DNA of 64,000 nt from Pseudovirgaria hyperparasitica (lineage: Eukaryota): assembly GCA_010093815.1 (NCBI GenBank), contig ML996565.1, one strand, 5' to 3'. Position 1 is the first letter of the stretch; every line of letters starts with the position of its first letter. Made by a program: the position numbers and the translations under genes. Shown one piece after another: positions 25,311 to 36,189 of this stretch. The notes beneath the pieces were generated by a model. The model saw nothing but the letters and a program-made list of their open reading frames with translations. It was not told the DNA's origin and made no database searches.

Positions 25311-25874
25311 TCAGCATCTGTCGAATTCAGACTTCAGATGACTGGCATCTTGCCGCCAACTGCACACCACAGCAATCTTCAACCTGCCGTTCATGGCATC
25401 CCGTACCTTTGGAGCGATTACGCTCCGGCCCGTCACAGGCGGAGGAGTCGAGGTAGCCCTGAAATAGAGGTGAATGGTCGTTTGTGCAAATGCAGCATAA
25501 CTTGACCCTACCTCGCCCAAATCAATCGGCTTTGTTGATGGGATCGTTGTCGGACGGCGCAGTACGCCAATCTTGTGCTTCAGATGGTCAATCGACACAA
25601 CCATGTTCACAGTCCGGGGCGCCCGGGCCCATTCTGCCATCTGCTCCATGTCCTGCAGGGCTGCAGTCAGCATGCAGCTATCGATGCCAGCAGTTCGCAC
25701 AGGAGCCGGACGACACTTCATGGGGAAGCTGTTCCATCGTGGAGCTCTGTATTGGCTCCAGACTGTAGGGCCCGGATTGACACGACAGTCTTGTTTCCTC
25801 TGTATCAAGGGTCGACGCGGCGTACATAAATCGTCACTTGGTAGTGTCTCTTCGACTGTTTGCGTGTTTTCCAT
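25311..25874 (-). CDS. Possible hypothetical protein or gene remnant
   Basis: An open frame of ~190 codons from MENTQT with no recognisable motif. Confidence 0.3.
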   Translation of the reverse strand: MENTQTVEETLPSDDLCTPRRPLIQRKQDCRVNPGPTVWSQYRAPRWNSFPMKCRPAPVRTAGIDSCMLTAALQDMEQMAEWARAPRTVNMVVSIDHLKHKIGVLRRPTTIPSTKPIDLGEVGSSYAAFAQTTIHLYFRATSTPPPVTGRSVIAPKVRDAMNGRLKIAVVCSWRQDASHLKSEFDRC

Positions 25875-26208
25875 TGTGCTTTCGACAGCATCCACTTGGT
25901 ACCTGTCTACTGCTTCCACGTTCCGGTGTTATTTAATACTTAATACGTTGTGTCGGTCGGTGCCATCTGCGACAGGTCCGCTTGAATCCCTATCTACCAC
26001 CTCAACACCAACCAGCTACGCAAATAGCTCCAGTAAGAAGTTCACAATCACTCGCAGATGACATGCTTCTCAAGACCCTTGCCGGAAGCGTGCATGTGTG
26101 ATGAGAAACAAGCGGGTACTGACATGCATAGGGCGTCCCTCCGTCGAATCAAAGCCGTTGCTAACGCCCATTGAAACGCGTCTTGCAACTCTCGAACCAG
26201 TGTACAAA

Positions 26209-26567
26209 TTACTCAGTACTACCTCGAGAACGAGTTTCTTGCACTCGAAAGATCCGAGAAAAAGAATTCGCTTGTGCACTCGCGCTTGCACACTCGAGCA
26301 ATCGCTTGACTTCGCACGAGTAACCCTTTAGCCCCCCGTCTAGGCGCGTCAGCTTATGTTACTTGGAAGAACTCCGCTTTGGCAAATGAGAGCGTGATAT
26401 TGACATAGTACATGCATCTCGCTGTTTTCGCTGTACATGCCTTGGACAGTCGAGACTCTGTCCACGAAATCCGTTAAGACTCGATCGATCTCTTGAGTGC
26501 CCCTAGGCCTTCTCCAGTTTGTCGCCAGGAGGTCGAGGTTATCAATACACCGAGGGCGTCGCTTCAT
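26209..26567 (-). CDS. Possible 85-aa orphan protein with a GC-AG intron (26440-26340)
   Basis: AAG|GCATGT donor, GCTGAC branch point and TAG acceptor; the spliced frame stays open to a TAA. Confidence 0.35.
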
Positions 26568-26713
26568 ACTGCAAGACTCTTCGAAATTCAATGGAAGCCG
26601 TAGCACCAGACCTTGAAAAACGACAAACAAAGAAACCCAGAAGAAGAACCAGAAATTGAGTGCCTCTACAGACCATCCCCAATTGGCTGAACAGAGCGCA
26701 CATATCGCCCAGC

Positions 26714-27709
26714 ATGCCTCCTGACCGCTCCTCGTTCACCGCCCTCAACATCCCCTCTCCACAGATTCCCTCCTGGATGGGCTCCTTCTCCCTCTCCGCG
26801 CCTCCCAACACAGATCTCTGGCGCAAACCCCCCGCGCAAAACATCTCCACCGCGCCCATCCTCTTCACCTCTCTCCGCCAGCCCTTCATCGCCGCCGAAG
26901 TCACCGTCTCAGCAGACTGGGAACTCGAATGGGATCAGGGCGGCCTGGTCATATTCGCCGGCAGTCCGCAAGGCCATCGAAGCCACCCCTCAGACACCCC
27001 CTCGAACACACCAACCACCATACCACAACCCCAAACCGAACAATCCCCCTCCGCACCACCACCACCACCACCCCCCGCCTACGCCTCCCCAAACGCCCCC
27101 AAATGGGTCAAACTCGGCCTCGAATACACCTCCGGCCACCCGCACGCCTCCACCGTCGTCGCCACCTCCGACGGCGCAGACTGGTGCCTCTCCGCCCTAC
27201 CCCAAGCCTACGCCCTCGCCCGCCGCGCCGACCTCCGCATCAAAATGGAACGCATCGGCTACGCCCTCTGGCTCTGGTACCTCGACGACTCCATGCAGCC
27301 AACCTGTCACCCTCCACCTCCCCCTCCCCCTCCTCCAATCTACTCCCCCTCATCCACACTTCCCCCGCCGGTGGTATACCCCCCCACACACGGCCCTGGC
27401 GCGCCCCAAGTCGTGATGATGCCGTTCGACGCCCGTGCTCCCCCGCCCGGGTATCCGGGTGGTGCGCTGCTGTCGCCGCCTCCGCCCCCGCCGCCCCCGC
27501 CGCCTGGCGTGTGGAGGAAGTTGCGGGAGGTGACGTGGTTTTTCTGGGGCGTGGAGGATAAGGCTGTGCGGGTGGGTGTGTATGCTTGTAGGCCTGTTGC
27601 TGGGGGTGCTGGGGGTGCGGGTGCGGGGAGGGGAGGGGTAGGTGGGAGTATGCGCAGGGCGGAGTGTAGGGAGTTGTGTGTTGAGTTTGAGGGGTTGGAG
27701 ATGTATTGA
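26714..27709 (+). CDS. DUF1349 / Ree1-like beta-sandwich protein with poly-Pro insertions
   Basis: TDLWRKP, TAPIL, WDQGGLVIF, KWVKLGLEY, ADW, LREVTW and VGVYACRP motifs. Confidence 0.85.
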   Translation: MPPDRSSFTALNIPSPQIPSWMGSFSLSAPPNTDLWRKPPAQNISTAPILFTSLRQPFIAAEVTVSADWELEWDQGGLVIFAGSPQGHRSHPSDTPSNTPTTIPQPQTEQSPSAPPPPPPPAYASPNAPKWVKLGLEYTSGHPHASTVVATSDGADWCLSALPQAYALARRADLRIKMERIGYALWLWYLDDSMQPTCHPPPPPPPPPIYSPSSTLPPPVVYPPTHGPGAPQVVMMPFDARAPPPGYPGGALLSPPPPPPPPPPGVWRKLREVTWFFWGVEDKAVRVGVYACRPVAGGAGGAGAGRGGVGGSMRRAECRELCVEFEGLEMY

Positions 27710-28644
27710 TATGGAATTAGGAGGAAAGAGGAAAGAAAGCAGGGGGTTGAGGGGTGGAAGGGGGAGATGGGAGAGAGGGGGAGAGAGCAAGGCAATACCA
27801 CGTCGGAAGGACCGTTCTTTTTCATTATTGCACGCATACATATACGTACCTCCTAAGCTGCGGGACTGCAAGATCTATATTCATTCATATTCCTACTACA
27901 TCGTATAATCGTCCTTATAATCCCCCCTTCAACCATGATTCCATGTGCATCGACATCATTCCCACCGTCTACGACCTCTATGGTTGATATATTCCCAGCC
28001 ACGATAGGATATTGCAATGTTGGCTTTTGTCGAATCGCTGGAATTGGTGGCATTGGTAGGTATAAGGACTTTGGGTGGACGGGTAGGAGGTAAAAGGTGT
28101 AGTTTGTGCATTGGGTTTTAGTTGTATCTTGCACGTAGTTTCGCTTTGTTCTTTTCTCTCCTGGTTGATGGATAGGATATCATGTATGATGTTGCCGTGT
28201 TGATACGGAGAGGCATCTGGTTTGGATTGCGGAGCAGGGAGGATGTATTAAAGGGGCACGTTGAACAGTTGAAAAGAGCGTGTGGTGAGCAGAAGTTTTA
28301 ATTTTGGATCTCTCACGCTTTGTTTCGTGGAGTCAGGGGGAGAGCGGCTTCTCTCTGATAATGCCCTGTACGTTGCACCTATTTTACGCCTTTTCTGCCT
28401 CTCTGGCATTCCGTGGCTTTTAGCCTGGTCAACAATCCCTTCTCCGTCCACGATAGCAACAGCAGTAGTGGTGACGCCGGTGGCGCGCGTGTGTGTGTAT
28501 GTTTGGATGAGCAGAGTTCTCCCTCAAACACCACCTGCCTATGCGACGCCCATCCATTCATATAATCCCCATTTTAGGCGATATCCCAGCTAGCAAGCAG
28601 AATGACATCCTATTGCGCCTTCCCTTTCAGCCCAGCCTTTCATT

Positions 28645-28902
28645 TTACCTCTTCTCATACGCCTCCATGGCCTTCTGCAAGTCCTCCAGGCTGTCCTTGT
28701 CGCCGTACGAGTCCATCAACGAGTTGTTCTGCGCTTGCATCGGGTCGGAGCGTCGTGTGCTCTTGAATTCGCTGTTTAGTGCTACAATCGCGGAACCGAC
28801 GACGATGGCGGCTACGGCTGGGAGTACTCTGTGCGTGGCTTGTTAGTGTCTAGCCGAGGCTAAGAAAGGGAGGACAGTGGAAGTGTACATTCGTTTGCCC
28901 AT
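28645..28902 (-). CDS. 65-aa small protein with an N-terminal hydrophobic segment, exons 28902-28889 and 28828-28645
   Basis: A 60-nt intron (GTACAC..CTAAC..CAG) gives MGKRIVLPAVAAIVVGSAIVALNSEFKSTRRSDPMQAQNNSLMDSYGDKDSLEDLQKAMEAYEKR*; codons are coding-like and GC3-rich. Confidence 0.7.
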
Positions 28903-30077
28903 CGAGGAGCGTGCTACGTGTGTGACGGGTCGTGGTGCTGCTGAGGATGATGATGATGCTCCGGTGTGGACTTGAGCAGCCTGAGCGAGGCGATTTGCGT
29001 GGATGCTTGTGGCGTTCATTGGAGCTGTACTGTCGTGCATGTGGGTGATATGCCGAGGCGAAGTAGTGGATTGGATATACGGATGTTTGTTCAGTGTGTG
29101 TGTGTATGTGCCTATGAGCACGGCGACGAATGTTCGGGAGCCAGGAGATATCGTAGGGAAGACCTAGGAGTGTGAAGCAGACGTAGGCGTTTCGTCACAT
29201 CTAACGAACGGGGTGCGTGGGCCAGCGTATATGAGTGAATAATGCCACCAGCAAGGCAGCGGGACCAGCGCCCGTTCCCCGCAACTGCCACAGGCCCCCC
29301 ATAGCCATGGCCATCGCCATCCTCGCAAGGCAAGCAGACCACCGGTACGGACTGTACCAAAGACGGGCCCCGGTATCAACGTAACCAGCAGGTTTCAGCC
29401 TACACGGCCGGGCGCAATGTTCGTCATTCCGGTAGGTTAGCGGGCGGTGGTGTGTGGATCAACAGATGGATAGGCGAGCAGGCGAGAGAGTGGCTGTCAG
29501 CTGCTCGATGAGATCCGGTCTGGGGAACGTGTGGAGCCATGGTCGCGTGTTCGATGTGGGGAGAGTCTGGGGCTGTGAGAGTGTGTCCGGCTTGGTCCGA
29601 GGCTCAGGGGCGCGTCTCACGTGGTTCTCGGCCGGGAGCGTGGATGAAGGATTCGGCATATAGAATGAGGTACCCTGAGTATATAGCTTTGCTCTATCGT
29701 GAGTTGTTGTAGAGCGGGTCTCGTTGGAGGCGTCGTAGCGGATGAATATGAAGATGTGAAGTGGTAGAACTGTTGGAAGACTGGCTGAAAGAGCGATGGA
29801 AAGTCTAGAGACAAAATAATTGTGGGACTCGGTTGCTCCTCCATCGAGCTAGCGTGTGTGTATCTTGATGCCTGAGGCCTTCACTCTCCTAATAAATCAA
29901 CTGCAAAGCAGCTGTATGCATCTACAAGGACCATTTTCGGACGACATGGACTTGAAAGTTCACGTGTGGTGGTAAACATAGAGACTGTCTTCAAATATGT
30001 ATGTTTCATGAATCACGGTCGACGGACGAAGGTGAAGCAATCAAGAATAGACTCATCGCACGCTCCAATGCACCAGC

Positions 30078-30924
30078 ATGGTTGAAAGCAGGCTTAACAA
30101 ACGCAATAAATCTACGATCACCACAGCGGCAGGTTTCGCCCTCCTCCTGATCCTGCTCGAACTAAACTACCCGTCTCTTTCCACTCTGAAGAATGTACTA
30201 CGTCCGGGACATAGCAACACAGACTTCGTGACCCGCTCCACACTTCCATCAACCCCCTTAACCACCACACCAGTACCACCATCGATCTGTCGCAGTATAG
30301 ATCACCATTCACATGGACCCACTGCTCCTCGAACACCTCCCAAGACTGGTTCCAAATCTCCTCCGTGGACGCCTGGGATCCCCACATCTTCTCCGCCTCA
30401 TCGTACGCCCTGCTCTCCCCCAGTTCCAGACCACACTGACGTCCATAGCGGCTGGATGCCACAAATGGTCATCACAGGTACATTAAAGCGTAATCTCAGC
30501 ACATGGTCGACCTTGTCCTCAACAGCAACGTTCAATGGAGTCGCGCAGCAGAACTACGACTGGACATATCTCTGCAGTGATGTTCTGGCCGATCGAATGG
30601 GGAAAGTAACGCCTGAGAATGTCGTGGACATGCTAAGGGTAGACAGGAAGGAGACAGGGATGGAATGTCCGCCCAGGGAAGGCTTGACAAGGATTATCAT
30701 CACAGACGTGTTTAGGTTCACAGAAGTAAGTACTGTAGTGTTGCGGAAACGGGTCGGAAATGGCTAATGCGGCGTAGGGGGAGTATACTTGGAATGTGGA
30801 GGTGTTGGGCCCGAAACATGATCGTAAGAGGGTCTTTTGTGTTGATGCGAAGGTGAGGTTGCGGAGTGAGTATGATGACTATATGAGGAGTTTGGAGGGC
30901 ATGAATTGGGATTGGCAGTCTTGA
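30078..30924 (+). CDS. Divergent ML (MD-2/NPC2-like lipid-binding) domain protein with an N-terminal membrane anchor; 5' junction uncertain
   Basis: Introns 30403-30448 and 30726-30777 give SPFTWTHC..FQISSVD..VITGTLK..LCSD..ECPP..GEYTWNVEV..VFCVDAKV, with four Cys spaced as in fungal ML proteins. Joining exon 1 needs a weak intron (30195-30295) or a 1-nt indel. Confidence 0.6.
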
Positions 30925-32274
30925 TCGTGACGTGGGTTGTCAGAGGACGTACGCTGTGATATAGTTTGTCACTCAAGAGTCGCCAAAGGGTTAGATTGTG
31001 GATGTGATGGACAACAATGATTGAAATGATAGTCTGACATTGGGTCTCTATTCCCGTCGACGACGACATGAGTGCCCGATTGTTGCACTACTAGTTGTAG
31101 CGCCAGAGTTAGGTCTGCATGCCTGTGGTTATTTAGCACATCGATACAGCTCGGCTTCGTACCATTGCTATACTGATCTCTGTACCCTGTAGATACATTA
31201 ACTCTCGACTTCTATTTATGTATTGACTAAACCCATGACGTTAGAGACTTGGATCTGATAAGATCGATCAGTTAATCTAAAGGATAGCTACTTTAATTGA
31301 CTTATAAGCTGAGGAGAATCTTGAATTGAATTGGATCGATTCATCTACTGCCTACCTTATGGGTGTATCCCTGGGGCACGCCGAAACTCATGACTGCAGT
31401 TACCACGATTTGAACTCTCAAAACTGCTTTGTGCGGCATTCACCCTTGTTTTCTCGCCAAATTCAATTCCCAGAACGTCCATCCTTGCCGTCCAAACTTG
31501 TGGTGATGAAGCCATGGCTCGGAGTGTACAGCTGAACAGGAAGGCTGATAGATCATAGTAATGAACTATGTCGTATCGGATAGAACTACCGGATTGCTAA
31601 GCATGAACAGCGCGTGAGACCCTTGCGGGACAGGCCGTTTTATTGCCGAATGCATGCATCCATTGGATGGATTGGCTAGAGTATGGATCGATTGTGGCTG
31701 CACCCATATCGATCGGACATGCAGCTACAGGCATTATGAGCGGTATTGCATTGTAGTGGGTTGATATGCTGATGCTTAGGATAACAGATGTTGTTCTGCT
31801 TATCTTTGAGAGGGCAAATGCCTTTTATCAATGAAGAGAATAGCCCATCTTCAACCAAAGAATAGATCTACTATACCAAATCCACGCCGACAACGTCATC
31901 AAGGGACACGCGACCGGGTCACGGTCCTAATGCTCACCTCCTAACGTAACTAAGGTAGGGCCGCGCCTCAAACACCTCCGAGCGACCACCCCGCCGCATC
32001 GGGTCCAGGTGATAGACAGTACAAATCTTGGCCCCCCTTGTCCTCTTCATAATACCAAATATACCTACAGTTGGCCTGAGTGTCAAATCGGACCGTCTCC
32101 AGACCATCCAGCAAATTAGGGTGGACTATGGGGTTTTGGTACGTGGCTCTCAGCGTGTGACATAGACCCACTAATTAATGAGCGTGCTGTTTCGCATGCT
32201 ATCTGCATACACTTGATCGTTGCTGACATCAAACAGGCCTCAGCCTTTCCCTTCAACGTCAGACGACGCGCCTC

Positions 32275-35209
32275 ATGCCTCCACGACCTCCGCATAGCAC
32301 CCTTCACTTACCTGGGTCTCAAGAACCCTCCTCCAGCGGCAGCAGTAGTAACAATGATCCGGCCTCACCCTCATACGCGCCTATATCTCCACAGCTATCC
32401 AGACGGTCCTTACTGCGCAGCCAGACTGATCGAGGCTTCAACGATATGGCAGACGAAGGCACAGGTCTACTGAGTAGGACTGATACCCGGTCCTACGCCA
32501 GTATGCCGGCCAGTATCCCCGACACCACACCGGGCTCGCCTAGAGGGTTTGGAGACAGACAAAATCAGTTCAGGAATCCTAGACACAGTCGCAGAGGATC
32601 GTTTAGTATGCGTTTAGTCAACGCACTCGGGGGCGCGGACAGGCGTTTTGGTCTTGGTACGTATAGAATAGACAGCATTACCATCGTCGGAGCTTGTCAG
32701 GCATCATGCTAACGCTTGCTCATATTCACAGACAGCAGCATACACGAGCCGAGGTCTTTTTGGAAAGACCACAGGGTCTGGTACGATCAATTCACGTCCA
32801 CCGATTGGGTCCATGACAGCATCGCCGACGCCTACCGAGTAAAAGCACTACGCAGCCGAAAAGACTTCCGTGGTCGAATATTGGCCTGGACTGATGGCGG
32901 CCTCGGCTGGCTTCTGGTATTGCTGATCGGTATTCTGACTGCAATCTTTGCATATTTTGTCAACGTTACAGAGAGCACACTATTCGACTACAAATCCGGC
33001 CACTGTGCGACTGCCTGGTACTACAGCAAGAAGAAGTGCTGCCAGGGCGCTTCAATATGCGATGCATGGCTGCATTGGTCTGGCCCGGCTGACTTAAATC
33101 AATTCGATGAGTCCCAAGTTGGCTATCTTGCCTTCATTCTTGGATGTATTGTCTTTTCATGTTTGTCTTGTATCATCACTTTAAAGACGAAGACTGTTAT
33201 TCCCTCGGCCGTCTCATTGTCTACTCTGGATGAAAATCTGGGGGCTCTCATACCCGGCCAGACTGGAGATTGCCAGAAAGATGGAAGTTCAACAGATCAG
33301 TTAGATTCTCCGGAAAACCCTCCGATGGTGTACTACGCCGCCGCTGGTAGCGGAGTTGCTGAGGTCAAAGTGATACTGAGTGGGTTCGTCTTGCACGGCT
33401 ACCTAGGTCTCAGGACACTTGTTCTGAAGAGTGTAGGCTTGATATTGGCTGTGGCGTCTGGGCTCAGTCTTGGAAAAGAGGGTCCGTACGTACACATTGC
33501 CACGTGTATTGGTAATATCCTCTGCCGCTTCTTCCCAAAGTACAACTACAACGACGGGAAAAGAAGGGAAGTTCTGAGCGCCAGTGCGGCAGCAGGAGTT
33601 GCCGTCGCCTTTGGATCCCCAATTGGAGGCGTGCTTTTCAGTCTGGAAGAAGTCAGCTACTACTTTCCTCCGAAGACTCTGTTTCGTACATTCTTCTGCT
33701 GCATCGTAAGTCTTTCATTGCATTCCTCTCGACGATGACTCAATTCTTGTAGGCTGCCGCCTTGTCTTTGAAATTCCTGAATCCGTACGGGACTGGCAAG
33801 ATTGTTTTGTTCGAGGTGCGATATCTGACCGACTGGCATGCTTTTGAAATGGTCGCTTTTGTCTTTATTGGTGCTCTAGGCGGGCTATTAGGAGCACTCT
33901 TCATCAAGGCTTGCCGCTTTTGGGCCCGCACCTTTCGCCGGATTCCTCTCATCAAACAATACCCGCTGCTGGAGGTGTTCATCGTCGCCTTGATAACGGG
34001 GCTACTGAGCTTCTGGAATCGGTACACAAAACTACCTGTCGCTGAACTGCTTTTTGAGCTGGCAAGTCCATGTGATACTTTCACCGACACAGGAACTGGT
34101 CTGTGCCCAACCAAAGAGCAGATACCGACTATCATTTGGTATTTATCGATAGCTTTCGTAATCAAGGCCTTCCTGACTGTCGTCACATTTGGAATAAAGG
34201 TCCCTGCGGGCATCTACGTACCCTCCATGGTCGTTGGTGGAATCCTTGGTCGGATTACAGGCCACATGGTACAATACCTGGCGCTGAATTACTCGCATAC
34301 CGGACTATTCGGCCAGTGTAGCCTCGACACCGCACCTGAACAGTGCGTTGTCCCCGGAGTCTACGCGATGATCGCGGCTGGTGCTACCATGACTGGTGTC
34401 ACCCGGCTGACTGTAACCCTGGCTGTCATCTTATTTGAATTGACAGGTAGTCTTGATCACGTTCTGCCATTCAGCATCGCAATCCTTACAGCAAAGTGGA
34501 CCGCAGATGCACTGGAGCCGTTGTCTATATATGACCTTCTAATGGACATGAATTCGTATCCCTTTCTCGACAACAAGGTTCGTCCGATCTTTACGACAGA
34601 GTTGGGTGATATCACGTCCACAGTTGGCAAGGACCGTGTTATCGACATCAGCACATCCCCATTGATACTAGCATCAGAATTGCGTGACCGACTAGAAATC
34701 CTGCAAAGCGCCGGGGAGCTCGACGGAGGCTTGACAATTGTCAGGGACGGCATTCTTGTCGGACTGATCCCGGCCCCAGATCTCGAATTTGCACTCGATA
34801 AACTTCCAAACGAAGAAAATAGTCTATGCCTCATGAGCACAAGGGTTGGGTGGAATAATCCCAATCACGAGGAGGAATTGTCTGAGGAGGAAGTCGATCC
34901 TACAGACTTCACTCATTATGTTGATCCGGTCAGTACGAGCTTCAGTGTAAAGAGCTAAAATCTAACTGATTAACCAGGCTCCCATTGCGCTCGATGTACA
35001 TTCTCCAATGGACCTCGTTTATGAGTGTTTCGTGAAGCTTGGTCTGAGATACATCTGTGTTCTGAAGGATGGACGATACTATGGCTTAGTGAGTGCTCCA
35101 CGCAAACGCTGGTACGGTCTTCACAATCTAACACCCTACCTTCTAGGTTCACAAGAAAACTTTTGTCAAATATATGAAGGATTTCGAAAAGGTCGACGAA
35201 AGACCCTGA
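32275..35209 (+). CDS. CLC-family chloride channel / Cl-/H+ exchanger, 5 coding exons
   Basis: GSGVAE, GKEGP, FGSPIGGVLFSLEEV and GIYVPSM motifs, with a CBS-like C-terminus; canonical introns near 32657, 33707, 34929 and 35089. Confidence 0.95.
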
Positions 35210-36189
35210 TTGACGTGATCATTTCAACGATCTACGTACCTCGCCACGCATGGGCAGGATTGAGATCTCATTGTCATTCTCGCATCACATTTACAAGGCG
35301 TCCATTCTTACATACTTGCATGTTTCTATTCTGAATTTCGCAAGTGCATGTTATGGCGTATTACGGTATACCACGGGGGTAAATCGCGTGGATGTATATA
35401 TCCATAGTTATTATGAGCAACAGGCGAAAATAATCTTGTGTTTCAACAAGAAACTGTATCAATGATGGTTAATCCGAGATGCTACGCTTATATGCTGTCT
35501 TTGGTTCAAATACTGTTCACGTGATCGCGTTCACTGTGTATTGCGTACTACTAATGCTCGGCAAGGTTTGTGGATCTACACTAGTCAGGTAAAATGTCGC
35601 TAGTCCAAATGAGCCATTGGACGGACCTAACATAATGATGGGAATCATTCACTCAATACCTTCTTACAACGTCTACGTCTCCACTTCCCACATTCTGATC
35701 AACCTTTGTATCTCGCCGGTCTGATCGTTCTTAGTTGCTCCCAGAAGTTCAAATATACAGGCCTCCATTAAGTCCTTCTGCGAGACCTCCGAGCGATAAT
35801 TCACCCCGAAACCTTTAGCACCAACCTCACTCGCGTACAACAAGTCTACAGACTCTACCAACACTACATACCAACTTTTGGTCTTGTTGACACTCTAGAC
35901 GCATAACCTCACATCTTTTCTATCTTACTCGGCGCTTCTGACCTACACTTGCTCGAACGACCTTGGGAGCGCTGGGCCGCGTCCGCGATACCAAAGTAAC
36001 ATCTACATCAGCGTGGCAAAAGCACTGGCAGCGAAAAGATATACAGATTGGCTCGCATTCTAAGATCTGGCGGACGGCTCGGCCGTCCCATTGGGCCCTG
36101 GCGAAGGAGGTGTGCAGGAGCCGTACAAGTCGTTCAGCTTGGGAACGGGGTAGACATACTCAGAACGTTCTTGAAGATTTGACCTGGTG

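Noticed and set aside
25920..26291. RIP-disabled or A-to-I-edited continuation of the 25311-25919 ORF
   Set aside because: Three stops in about 50 codons is what random sequence gives; no homology evidence.
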